NCBI GenBank assembly: GCA_016235455.1
Contig: JACRKZ010000051.1
Coordinates: 28,452 to 92,451 of the forward strand
Source: Armatimonadota bacterium
GTDB lineage: Bacteria; Armatimonadota; UBA10988
Length of the DNA stretch: 64,000 nt
Direction of reading: 5' to 3'
The notes below the pieces were generated by a model. That model had not been told where the DNA came from. It ran no database searches and saw only the letters and a program-made list of their open reading frames with translations. Made by a program: the position numbers and the translations under genes. Below are positions 49,244-59,151 of the stretch, piece after piece. Numbering within the stretch: position 1 is the first letter of the stretch; the number at the start of each line of letters is the position of its first letter.

Positions 49244-49977
49244 TGTCCAGTCTCCGCTTCCGGCGCCGTCGCCAGCAGGGCCCGCACGCGGTCGGGAACG
49301 TCCGTGATCAGACCGTCCACGCCGCGCGCTAAGAACCGCCGCACCATCCAGGGCTGGTTGACCGTCCAGACGATCAGCGGGCGACCTTCCACCTCGGGTG
49401 GACGCCGCCGGACCAGCAACTGATGGGCCGCGAACGGCACCAACATCTCCGAGTGTCTCAGACCGTCTGCCCCCGGCCACTTGAGCGACAGGGTACCACG
49501 TTGGAGGCTCGGCGTCATCGTGCGCACGGCCTCCAGATCATGCCAGTCGAACGACCAAATCCAAGCGGACTCCAGCAGGCCGGCCTTGGTCAGCAGGGCC
49601 ACGGTCTTGCGCACCAGCTCCGGGCTGTGCCCGCGCGACTTGAGCTCGATGCACAGCGGCAGCCCGACCGTCTTGGCCGTCTCCAGCGCCTCGGCCAGTG
49701 TCGGCACATGCTGGTCGGGCGCCGCCTCGCGGCCGCGTCGGGCCTGCAAGCGCCGTTTGTGCAACTGGTGCCAGGTGAGCTGGTCCACGCGGCCCGTGCC
49801 GTCGGTGGTGCGGTTGATGGTCGCGTCGTGCATGAGCACGGGCACGCCGTCAGTCGTCATGCGCACGTCGATCTCGGCGCGATCGGCGCCCAGCTCCGCG
49901 GCGCGACGCAGGGCGGGCAGGCTGTTCTCGATAGCGACGCGGTTGGCGCCGCGATGCGCAATGACCAAGGGTTTCAT
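49240..49977 (-). CDS. Glycerophosphodiester phosphodiesterase family protein
   Basis: 'IAHRG', 'ENSL', 'EIDV', 'HD', 'WTVN', 'GLITD'. Confidence 0.92.
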   Translation of the reverse strand: MKPLVIAHRGANRVAIENSLPALRRAAELGADRAEIDVRMTTDGVPVLMHDATINRTTDGTGRVDQLTWHQLHKRRLQARRGREAAPDQHVPTLAEALETAKTVGLPLCIELKSRGHSPELVRKTVALLTKAGLLESAWIWSFDWHDLEAVRTMTPSLQRGTLSLKWPGADGLRHSEMLVPFAAHQLLVRRRPPEVEGRPLIVWTVNQPWMVRRFLARGVDGLITDVPDRVRALLATAPEAETGQ

Positions 49978-50798
49978 CGTCGTCTCTGGCAGCTCGGGCA
50001 GTAATGGGTGCCGCGCCCGGCGGCCACGATGCGCACGATGGGCGTCCCACAGGCCAGGCAGGGCTGGCCGGCGCGACCGTAGACACGATGCGCGTGTTGG
50101 TACGAGCCCAGTTCGCCGTCGACGGCCACGTACTGCCCATCGATCGACGAACCGTGCGCGGCCACCGCCGCCGACAACACCTCGCGCATCACGCCGTGCA
50201 ACCGACGCGCGCGTTCGCGGCTCAACCGACCGGCGGTCAGTGTCGGGTGCAGTCTGGCGCGATGGAGTGCCTCGTCCACGTAGATGTTTCCCAGGCCGGC
50301 CACGATCTCCTGCCCCAGCAGCAGCGCTTTGAGCCCGCGGCCCGAGGCGCGCACGGCCGCCACGAAGGCCGCCTCGTCGATGGCCAGGGCATCTGGTCCG
50401 AGGCGGGCCAACTCCGGCAGGCCGGCGACCTCGGCACTGGGCAGCAGGTGCATCCAGCCGAACCGTCGCACATCGCGCCAGCGCAGCTCGCGACCGTCAT
50501 CGAGCGTGGCCACCAGGTGCGTATGCGGCAGCCGGGGCTCGTCCGCGGGCTGTACGCGCAACTGGCCCGTCATGCGCAGATGGCCGACCAGCGTCTGCTC
50601 GTCGTCGGTGTCGACGAACCAGATCTTGCCCCACCGGCGCGCGGTGGTCAGCCGCCGGCCGCGCAGGCCGTCGGCCAGTTCCGCCGCCGAGGGCAGGAAG
50701 TGTGCGTCGAGCAGGATCTCGACATCGACGACGCGGCGGCCCACGGCCTCACGGCGCAGGCCGGCCACAACGGTTTCGACTTCGGGTAGCTCAGGCAT
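49974..50798 (-). CDS. mutM: Formamidopyrimidine-DNA glycosylase
   Basis: N-terminal MPELPEVE, 'HLRMTG', 'GLGNIY', C-terminal CxxC..CxxC zinc finger. Confidence 0.95.
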   Translation of the reverse strand: MPELPEVETVVAGLRREAVGRRVVDVEILLDAHFLPSAAELADGLRGRRLTTARRWGKIWFVDTDDEQTLVGHLRMTGQLRVQPADEPRLPHTHLVATLDDGRELRWRDVRRFGWMHLLPSAEVAGLPELARLGPDALAIDEAAFVAAVRASGRGLKALLLGQEIVAGLGNIYVDEALHRARLHPTLTAGRLSRERARRLHGVMREVLSAAVAAHGSSIDGQYVAVDGELGSYQHAHRVYGRAGQPCLACGTPIVRIVAAGRGTHYCPSCQRRR

Positions 50799-51306
50799 CC
50801 TGTGAGTATGACGCCATCGCCCGCCAGCGCGAATCAGCCAGCACCACCGAAGTGGCCACTTGTCGGGCGGGGATTGACCAGTACTGCCGCAGCAGGCGGT
50901 CCTTGGTGGGCTCGTCCACCTGCACGAAACCGTGCTTCCGGTAGAAGGCAATGGCCCAGGTTGCGGCGGCCCAGGTGCCGATGAGCACCGGCCGGTCACA
51001 GCGCGCCAGCAGGTCGGCCAGCAACATGCCGCCGATGCCCTGGCCGCGCCGTTCGGTGAGCACGTAGGCGTGGCGGATGAGCGCCACATCCGGCACGTCC
51101 TGCATGCCCATGACACCGACGAGTCGGCCGTCGAGTTCGTAGCCCCAGAAGCGCACGCCTGCGTCGATCTCGGCGCGCAGATCGGCCAACGGCATGTACG
51201 GCTCATGCCAGCGGTCGGTCGGGATTACCCCGCGGTAGGCCTCCGCGGCGTCGTTGATGATGGCCGCCATCGTCTCGTGGTCGGTCGGCAGGCACGGCCG
51301 GATCAT
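50791..51306 (-). CDS. GNAT-family N-acetyltransferase
   Basis: 'RRGQGIG' acetyl-CoA motif, 'AIAFYRKHGF'; SD GGAGG. Confidence 0.9.
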   Translation of the reverse strand: MIRPCLPTDHETMAAIINDAAEAYRGVIPTDRWHEPYMPLADLRAEIDAGVRFWGYELDGRLVGVMGMQDVPDVALIRHAYVLTERRGQGIGGMLLADLLARCDRPVLIGTWAAATWAIAFYRKHGFVQVDEPTKDRLLRQYWSIPARQVATSVVLADSRWRAMASYSQDA

Positions 51307-51352
51307 GGGCACACCCTCCTGGGAGGCAGTGCCCGCGTCGGCGCCGGGTGTT

Positions 51353-52906
51353 TCAGGCGCGCGCCATGTCGTAGTCGGCCAGGTCGACACGCAGGTCGGC
51401 GGCCACGTCGGGGTGGATGCGCTGCAGCTCGCGCCAGCAGGCCTGGGCGATGCGGCGATAGCTGACATGCCCCTGGCGGCTGGAGCGCAGTCCGATGAAA
51501 TGGTGCATCTCGCGCAAGTTCCAGGTGAACAGCACGCGCTTGCGATAGGCCAGTGGCAACACGTACTGCGCGGTCTCCTCGCCGTGCGCCTCGGCCAACC
51601 GCGCGTGGGCTGCCGCCGCGCGTGCCATGGCGTCGTGGTAGACCTCGGCGTGGCCGAGATCGTCAATCTCGTCGGGCGTCTCGTAGCCGTGCTCGCAGGT
51701 CAGCGTCTGGCCCGTCTGCGTGCACATGCGGTGGCGCTGGATGTCGCGGAAGGCGCCGTAGTCGAGCATCATCTCGAAGGTGTAGGTCAAGTGCTCCAGC
51801 GCGCGGCCCGGCGCATCGAACCGGCCGCGGCCGGCCAGGTAGGCGCGGATGACCTCCAGCTTGCGGGCCTCGGCCCACGGCTCCACCTGAGCCCGCACGG
51901 CATGGATTCGTTGGTGCGTGGCCTCGTAGAGGATGGCTGCCGTCAGGTCGGTCAGCGGGTCCTCGGGCCCACACACCAGCCGGGCACTGCTGGCCTCCAG
52001 TGTCGGCTCGCCGGGCACCAGCATCTGCTCGGCCAGTTCGGCGATCGCGCGGGGTGTCTCGCTCAGGTAGGCGCTCTCGCCCGCATACTTGATGAGCGTC
52101 GGCACGACCGCCTCGGCTTCGCCGCGCAAGGCCTGGGCCAGGGCGCGTAGCTCGCCCAGCGGGCTCGAATAGAGCTTGGTGAGCAGGTGCTCCAGCGCGC
52201 GGCCATTGATGGTCAGCCCCAGGTTGGTGCGGGTGGCTGCGGGCAGTAGATAGCGCGCCACGTCGCAGGCGCGCGAGCGGCAGACGCTGCGGTAGCGCGC
52301 GTCGGTCCAGTCGGCCGGTCGCGCGAAGCGCTCGCTCACCTGCTGTTCGATGGTCGGCAGCAGCGTGCCATAGGTGGCCAGCAGGTGGCGGCAGGTGTCC
52401 TCATAGAGCCCCGCCAGAGGACCGGCAGCGATGCCGGGCTCGCGCACGAAGGTCTCGCTGTCGAACGGCACGTAGCGTGTCGACTTCTCGGTATAGGAGG
52501 CCAGCCGGCAGTCCTCGATGGCTTTGGTGGCGACAATGCTGACGTCCTCGATGGCCAGATGGACCACGGCATGTTCAGCCACGCTGGAGTGCCCGTAGCC
52601 CACCACCCATTTTTCGTGGAAGCGCCGCGCCTGTGCGCGGGCGGCCGCGAGCGAGTCTTCGTCGTCGGCCACGTCGGCACCGGGCGCCACGGCCAGGTCG
52701 CCGTCGGCCAGCAGGCGGCGCAGGTTGTCGCGCAGGCTATACGGGCTGCGGCTGTAGTAGGCGAACAGCACCGCCACGACCTCTTCGGGCAGGCTACGCA
52801 GGGCGAACACCGGGCGGTCGAGGTTGGTGACGAACGGGCTCAGGGGGTCGATGGGCACCAGGTACTCCAGATCGGGGTCAGTCGGGGTCGAGTGGGCCGG
52901 ACTCAT
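51353..52906 (-). CDS. thyX: FAD-dependent thymidylate synthase, long tandem-domain form
   Basis: 'GHSSVAEH', 'YTEKSTRY', 'ARYLLP', 'FRDIQRHR'. Confidence 0.88.
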   Translation of the reverse strand: MSPAHSTPTDPDLEYLVPIDPLSPFVTNLDRPVFALRSLPEEVVAVLFAYYSRSPYSLRDNLRRLLADGDLAVAPGADVADDEDSLAAARAQARRFHEKWVVGYGHSSVAEHAVVHLAIEDVSIVATKAIEDCRLASYTEKSTRYVPFDSETFVREPGIAAGPLAGLYEDTCRHLLATYGTLLPTIEQQVSERFARPADWTDARYRSVCRSRACDVARYLLPAATRTNLGLTINGRALEHLLTKLYSSPLGELRALAQALRGEAEAVVPTLIKYAGESAYLSETPRAIAELAEQMLVPGEPTLEASSARLVCGPEDPLTDLTAAILYEATHQRIHAVRAQVEPWAEARKLEVIRAYLAGRGRFDAPGRALEHLTYTFEMMLDYGAFRDIQRHRMCTQTGQTLTCEHGYETPDEIDDLGHAEVYHDAMARAAAAHARLAEAHGEETAQYVLPLAYRKRVLFTWNLREMHHFIGLRSSRQGHVSYRRIAQACWRELQRIHPDVAADLRVDLADYDMARA

Positions 52907-53618
52907 CTTCCGACCAATGGAACGCAGCGGTCTTCACCGGCAGGCGGCGTCGGCCGGGCCGGCGTTCGCTCTCGCCTTCCTCGGCATCCAGCTCGAAACG
53001 CAGGCAGCAGCGCAGCTTGCCGCACAGGCCGCCGAGCTGCGAGGGGACCGGCGGCAGGTCCTGCTCCTTGGCGTGCTTCATCGAGACCGGCGCGAACTCG
53101 GGCATCCAGGCTGAGCAGCACACCTCGCGGCCGCAGCGGCCGACGCCGCCCAGCAGACGGGCCACATCGCGATCACCGACCTGTTCGAGCCGAATGGGCA
53201 TCTGGAAGATGCGTACCGCGTCGCGCAGCATCATGCGGAAATCGATGCGGCCGGGCGCCGTGAAGAAGAACGTGAGCTGCCCGCGGTCGAGCGACAGATA
53301 ACCTTCCACCAGCCGCATCGGCAAATCGTGCTGGACGACCAGGTCGCGCAGTTGGCCCAGCGCGCGACTCGACAGGTGCGTGTTCTCCGCCGAGGTGGCC
53401 AGATCGGCCTGCGATGCGGGATGCGTGTCGTCGGGCGGCATCGGGCCTTCGGAACGCTCACCCAGCGAGGCCAAGCGGCCGACGGCCATGCCGTAGCGGG
53501 TCAGCCCGACCATGGCCGTGCCCAACGGCACCAGTTCACCCGTGGCGTCGGCCAGCGGCAGTCGATAGTAGTGCGGTCCCTGCACGATGTCGAACAGGAC
53601 CGTGGCCAAGGCACTCAC
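52878..53618 (-). CDS. ricT: PSP1-domain RicT/YaaT-family Fe-S protein
   Basis: 'RIDFR', 'GRCGREVCC', 'GLCGKLRCCLRFE'. Confidence 0.88.
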   Translation of the reverse strand: MSALATVLFDIVQGPHYYRLPLADATGELVPLGTAMVGLTRYGMAVGRLASLGERSEGPMPPDDTHPASQADLATSAENTHLSSRALGQLRDLVVQHDLPMRLVEGYLSLDRGQLTFFFTAPGRIDFRMMLRDAVRIFQMPIRLEQVGDRDVARLLGGVGRCGREVCCSAWMPEFAPVSMKHAKEQDLPPVPSQLGGLCGKLRCCLRFELDAEEGESERRPGRRRLPVKTAAFHWSEDESGPLDPD

Positions 53619-55234
53619 GGCTTGCCCGTCTCCTTGCGCGCCCAGATGAATCCGACTGGTGCGTCGCCGCCCATGGCGGTGTAGATCGGCCGCCGCTCGC
53701 GGCGCAGTTCGCGTCCCAGGTCATCCCACTCCGAAGGCCGGTTCTGGTAGACGAAGTAGTCTGCCGTCCTCGCCGCCTCCTCGCCGTGGGTCAGACGCAG
53801 GTCTCGCCGCTGGATGCCCACGGCCCGATAGCTGCTCAGCCCGGCGATGGCGCCTGGCGGATGCAGGTAGATCGTCGCCCCGTCCGGCGCTTCGCGGCTG
53901 AGCACGGCCAGCAACTCGCGGAACGGCTCGCCCCAGTAGCTGACCTCCAGGCCGCGCCGCGCCGCACCGCCGGAGCCGCCGACCAGCCGGTTGTAGAACG
54001 CGGTCGGGTAGGGATGTACCGACAGCACATCCACCGCCGCGGGCAGGACCAGGCCCACCAGCAGCAGCGGCGCGACCAGCCGGCGCTGGTTGCTCGGCAG
54101 CCGACCGCGCAGACCCGCGGCCAACGTCGCCAGCCCCAACCCGGCCAGCGCCGACAACAGTGGCAGCGCCGGCAGGAAGAGGCGTACGCCATTGTACTTG
54201 GCCGCCGACGGGCTGGCAAAGGGCAGCATGTGCAGCAGCAGCGCCAGGGCGATCAGCCGGCGCGACACGTCGCCTCGGAGCCCACGCAGGCCGAGCGCGG
54301 CCGCGGCCAGGGTGGCCAGCGGCGTGGTCACGGCCAGCATGACGAACGGGTAGTGCCACGGCAACTGGCCAGAGATGCGGCCGAAGTATTCGGTGTCGAT
54401 GAGCGCATGGCGACCATGGAAGCGGATGACCGCCGCCAGATGGGCCGGGCCGTCGTACCACAGCCACGGCCAGCACAACACGAACACCATCGGCGCCAGC
54501 AGGCAGGTGGCCGGCCACAGGCCGCGCAGCGCCGGGCGCGCCCACAGCGCCGCCGCCAGGAGCACCGCCGGCGTGAGCAGGACGACATTGAACTTGGTGG
54601 CCATCCCCAGCCCTAGCACCACGCCGTAGCTCACGGCCCGCGCGCGCGACGGCTGCGCCATGTGGCGCCAGGCCAGGTAGGTGGCCAGCGTAGCCAAGAA
54701 GGCAGCGGGATTGTCCAGCGCGGCGAGATTGCCGTGCAGCACGGCCGACGGTAGGGTCAGCCAAGCCAACGCCGCGCCGAGCCCGGCCAGCAAGCCCGAC
54801 ATCTCGCCGAGCCAGAGCAGGAGCACCACGGCGGTGCCGGCCCACAACAGCGTCGAGCCCAGCCGAAACTGCGCGTACGGACCGAAGGGCGAGGGCAGGC
54901 GCCGACACAGATCCAGCCAGACCTTGCCCACCGGCGGATGCCAGTCGGCCTCGCTGGGCGTCGGCCCGGAGTTGCCCCAGCCGGCCTCCAGTGCCTCGCG
55001 ACGCCAGGCTCCCGTATCGAAGCGCAGCACCCGGCCTAACCAGGTCGTGTGGCGTACACCCACGGCGGCGTAGACAGGCTCGTCGTAGGTGATGCCGAAG
55101 GTCGACGCGAACATGGATTGGCCCACCAGCGTCGCGCCAACCAACAGCGCCGCCGCCAGCAAAAAGGGTGTCAGGGACCGCTTTTGGCCAAAAACGGTCC
55201 CTGACACCGTTTTTGCTGGCGGGGCTAAGTCCAT
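53615..55234 (-). CDS. Multi-pass GT-C glycosyltransferase (ArnT/PMT-like)
   Basis: 'ITYDEPVY', 'HPP', 'GMATKF', 'PWHYP', 'RLFLP', many transmembrane segments. Confidence 0.8.
   Translation of the reverse strand: MDLAPPAKTVSGTVFGQKRSLTPFLLAAALLVGATLVGQSMFASTFGITYDEPVYAAVGVRHTTWLGRVLRFDTGAWRREALEAGWGNSGPTPSEADWHPPVGKVWLDLCRRLPSPFGPYAQFRLGSTLLWAGTAVVLLLWLGEMSGLLAGLGAALAWLTLPSAVLHGNLAALDNPAAFLATLATYLAWRHMAQPSRARAVSYGVVLGLGMATKFNVVLLTPAVLLAAALWARPALRGLWPATCLLAPMVFVLCWPWLWYDGPAHLAAVIRFHGRHALIDTEYFGRISGQLPWHYPFVMLAVTTPLATLAAAALGLRGLRGDVSRRLIALALLLHMLPFASPSAAKYNGVRLFLPALPLLSALAGLGLATLAAGLRGRLPSNQRRLVAPLLLVGLVLPAAVDVLSVHPYPTAFYNRLVGGSGGAARRGLEVSYWGEPFRELLAVLSREAPDGATIYLHPPGAIAGLSSYRAVGIQRRDLRLTHGEEAARTADYFVYQNRPSEWDDLGRELRRERRPIYTAMGGDAPVGFIWARKETGKP
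55153..55222. repeat. 70-bp near-perfect palindrome within the 5' end of the glycosyltransferase ORF
   Basis: CCGCCAGCAAAAAGGGTGTCAGGGACCGCTTTTGG|CCAAAAACGGTCCCTGACACCGTTTTTGCTGGCGG; 35-bp arms with 2 mismatches. Confidence 0.9.
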
Positions 55235-55247
55235 GGTGTCTCTTTGG

Positions 55248-56555
<1,308 letters not shown>

Positions 56556-56562
56556 GGTCCAG

Positions 56563-56571
56563 AAGGTACCA
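56563..56571 (-). promoter_or_regulatory. Extended -10 element (TG-G-TACCTT) 7 nt upstream of the miaB ATG
   Basis: No SD sequence; spacing fits a leaderless transcript. Confidence 0.55.
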
Positions 56572-56581
56572 CGAGGCCCCC

Positions 56582-56616
56582 AAAAAGCGAACCGCCGGCC
56601 CGAAGGCCGGCGGTTC
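56582..56616 (-). terminator. Intrinsic terminator after the Flp pilin array
   Basis: GAACCGCCGGCC-TTCG-GGCCGGCGGTTC then GCTTTTTG on the minus strand. Confidence 0.75.
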
Positions 56617-56672
56617 TAAGCGCGAAAACGCAGCCTGGGCTACGCTGCAAACGGGCAGAGCCCGCGGCAGAC

Positions 56673-56837
56673 TCAGCCCTGGGTGCGCATGTTCTCGCTG
56701 ACCGTGACGTACACGTCGCGGGTCTTGCGGCCCAGGACGCTCAGGATCGCGATCGCCACAACGGCGATCAGCGCGGTCAGCAGACCATACTCGATGAGGG
56801 TCTGACCCTCTTCCTCGACGAACAGGCGCTTGATCAT
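56673..56837 (-). CDS. flp: Flp-family (type IVb/Tad) pilin
   Basis: MIKRLFVEEEG|QTLIEYGLL...SENMRTQG; G|xxxxEY motif; 54 aa. Confidence 0.92.
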   Translation of the reverse strand: MIKRLFVEEEGQTLIEYGLLTALIAVVAIAILSVLGRKTRDVYVTVSENMRTQG

Positions 56838-56934
56838 GTGTGCCAACTCCTCGCAGGCCGCGAAGGGCTGACCCCCCGCTGGCACTGCTGTTGGGCAATC
56901 GCCCAATGACTGTCAAGCCGTCAGGTCGACCAGA

Positions 56935-57099
56935 CTAGCTGGTGGTGACCATCTGCTCATTGACGGTCACGAAGACGTCCTTGGTCTTGCGGCCGAGGAC
57001 GCTCAGGATCGCAATGGCGACGACGGCGATCAGGGCGGTCAGGAGACCGTACTCGATGAGGGTCTGACCCTCTTCTTCGGAGAACAGGCGCTTGAACAT
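56935..57099 (-). CDS. flp: Flp-family pilin
   Basis: MFKRLFSEEEG|QTLIEYGLL...NEQMVTTS; 54 aa. Confidence 0.92.
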   Translation of the reverse strand: MFKRLFSEEEGQTLIEYGLLTALIAVVAIAILSVLGRKTKDVFVTVNEQMVTTS

Positions 57100-57177
57100 G
57101 CGGCGAACTCCAACCTTACGACGGCCACACCGTCCGCTCAGGCGACGGGACACGGCGCCCGGACCGTGCCAATCAAA

Positions 57178-57201
57178 CTTGTACGACTACCCGCCGGGCC
57201 A
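57178..57201. repeat. 24-bp direct repeat, copy 1
   Basis: CTTGTACGACTACCCGCCGGGCCA, identical to 57501-57524. Confidence 0.9.
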
Positions 57202-57218
57202 GGCGGCTCGGAACGGGA

Positions 57219-57383
57219 TCAGCCGTTCGTCACCATCTTGTCGTTGACGGTCACGAAGACGTCCTTGGTCTTGCGGCCGAGAACGCTGAGGATCGCGATC
57301 GCGACAACGGCGATCAGGGCGGTCAGAAGACCGTACTCGATGAGGGTCTGGCCCTCTTCTTCGACGAACAGGCGCTTCACCAT
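57219..57383 (-). CDS. flp: Flp-family pilin (absent from the ORF track)
   Basis: Hand-translated: MVKRLFVEEEG|QTLIEYGLLTALIAVVAIAILSVLGRKTKDVFVTVNDKMVTNG. Confidence 0.92.
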   Translation of the reverse strand: MVKRLFVEEEGQTLIEYGLLTALIAVVAIAILSVLGRKTKDVFVTVNDKMVTNG

Positions 57384-57500
57384 AGGAGTTGCTCCCTAGC
57401 TGGGCAACCGGCCGAGATCCACGAGGGACCCCGGCCGGGTTCGCGGAAGGCACACCAACCGCGAAGGGAAACCACGACGCCCGGATCGCGGCTCACGAAG

Positions 57501-57524
57501 CTTGTACGACTACCCGCCGGGCCA
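57501..57524. repeat. 24-bp direct repeat, copy 2
   Basis: Identical to 57178-57201. Confidence 0.9.
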
Positions 57525-57543
57525 AGCTAGGCGGATCGCGAGA

Positions 57544-57708
57544 TCAGCCGTTGGTGACCATCTTGTCGTTCACGGTCACGAAGACGTCTTTGGTCTTGCG
57601 GCCGAGCACGCTCAGGATGGCGATCGCGACGATGGCGATCAGGGCGGTCAGAAGACCGTACTCGATGAGGGTCTGGCCCTCTTCCTCGTTGAACAGACGC
57701 TTGATCAT
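57544..57708 (-). CDS. flp: Flp-family pilin
   Basis: MIKRLFNEEEG|QTLIEYGLL...NDKMVTNG; SD GAGGA. Confidence 0.92.
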   Translation of the reverse strand: MIKRLFNEEEGQTLIEYGLLTALIAIVAIAILSVLGRKTKDVFVTVNDKMVTNG

Positions 57709-57914
57709 GAGGTCATTCCTCTCTAATCGCACCCGATTAGGCGCTCATTGGCCGTCTCCTCCTCGATTTTTGCGAGTCGGATTCCGGTCGCTCCCAATTT
57801 GCCACATCCGGGCCGCGATCATGTTAACAAGTCCCTACAGACGACGCAGCGGCGACCGGGGTGGGCGAGGGGGGGAAGGAGGCACCAAAGAATGGTGTTG
57901 CCTCTGGCGCCCAA

Positions 57915-57923
57915 TGCTATAAT
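57915..57923 (+). promoter_or_regulatory. Extended -10 promoter TG-C-TATAAT, 7 nt before the ATG at 57931
   Basis: Perfect consensus; no SD; leaderless geometry. Confidence 0.7.
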
Positions 57924-57930
57924 GGCGCGC

Positions 57931-59094
57931 ATGGCTCAAGTTGTCCTGTCCAATGTGACCAAAGCGTTTGGCGACGTCGTCGTGGTGCGCGACGTGTCGC
58001 TCGAGATTGCCGACGGCGAGTTCCTCGTGCTGGTCGGCCCGTCGGGTTGTGGCAAGTCCACCTGCCTGCGGATGATCGCCGGGCTGGAGGAGATCACCTC
58101 GGGCTCGATCGCCATCGGTCCGCGGGTGGTTAACGATGTCCCGCCGCAGGACCGCGACATCGCCATGGTGTTCCAGAACTACGCGCTCTACCCCCACATG
58201 AGTGTGTACGACAACCTGGCGTTCGGGCTGCGGCTGAAGCGCGAGCCGACTGGCAAGGTCTTCCCGCGCACCCGCCGCGTCTACTCCGAGCCGGCCATCC
58301 GCGAGCGCGTCGACCGCGCCGCGCGCATGTTGGGTCTCAGTGAGTACCTGCAGCGCAAGCCGCGCCAGTTGTCGGGTGGCCAGCGCCAGCGCGTCGCCCT
58401 GGGCCGCGCCATCGTGCGTGAGCCGCAAGTCTTCTTGATGGACGAACCGCTGTCCAACCTGGACGCCAAGCTGCGCGTGCAGACGCGCGCCGAGCTGATC
58501 CTGTTGCACGAGCAGCTGCGCGACGCCGGCAAGAGCAACACCATGGTCTACGTGACGCATGACCAGGTGGAAGCCATGACCATGGGCGACCGCATTGCCG
58601 TGATGAAGGATGGCCTCCTGCAGCAGTGCGACACTCCGTTGAACCTGTACCGTGGTCCGGCCAACCGGTTCGTGGCGGAGTTCATCGGCAGCCCGCAGAT
58701 GAACGTTTTTGGTCCGCTGGACGTCGTATCGGCCAACGGAAGCCTGCAGCTCCGACGCGACGACCTGACCATCACGCTGCCGGCCGAGAAGGCTGCGCGG
58801 CTGGCCGGGTTCAACGGCACGCAGGTGCTGTTCGGTATTCGCCCCGAGGACATCGCGGCGCCTGACACCTCGCGCGTGGCGGCCGATGCGACCAACACCG
58901 TGCCGGTCAAGGTGCAGGTGCGTGAGCCCATGGGCAGCACCGTGCAGCTCCAGCTCGAAGCGCCCGGCGGCTTTGTGGTGACCTCGGTGCTCGACGCGGA
59001 CAGCTCTGCCTGGCATGGTGCCGCGTTCGACGCGGTGCTCGACCTGAGCAAGTGCCATGCGTTCGATCCGGCGAGCGAGGTCGCGCTGTTCTAG
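57931..59094 (+). CDS. Carbohydrate ABC transporter ATPase (MalK/MsmX/UgpC family)
   Basis: Walker A GPSGCGKS, '[10 protein letters not shown]', LSGGQ, 'MDEPLSNLD'. Confidence 0.95.
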   Translation: MAQVVLSNVTKAFGDVVVVRDVSLEIADGEFLVLVGPSGCGKSTCLRMIAGLEEITSGSIAIGPRVVNDVPPQDRDIAMVFQNYALYPHMSVYDNLAFGLRLKREPTGKVFPRTRRVYSEPAIRERVDRAARMLGLSEYLQRKPRQLSGGQRQRVALGRAIVREPQVFLMDEPLSNLDAKLRVQTRAELILLHEQLRDAGKSNTMVYVTHDQVEAMTMGDRIAVMKDGLLQQCDTPLNLYRGPANRFVAEFIGSPQMNVFGPLDVVSANGSLQLRRDDLTITLPAEKAARLAGFNGTQVLFGIRPEDIAAPDTSRVAADATNTVPVKVQVREPMGSTVQLQLEAPGGFVVTSVLDADSSAWHGAAFDAVLDLSKCHAFDPASEVALF

Positions 59095-59151
59095 TCGCGA
59101 GTGGGCAGGCGCGGTTCGCTGGTGGGCCTGGCCGACGGGCGTTGATGCGCG

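Noticed and set aside
57384-57500. Possible c-di-GMP riboswitch before a pilin gene
   Set aside because: Hairpins are present, but the GEMM consensus elements could not be matched.
56673-57708. Repeat array that could be read as CRISPR
   Set aside because: The repeats are pilin coding sequences; the 24-bp motif has only two copies; no cas genes.
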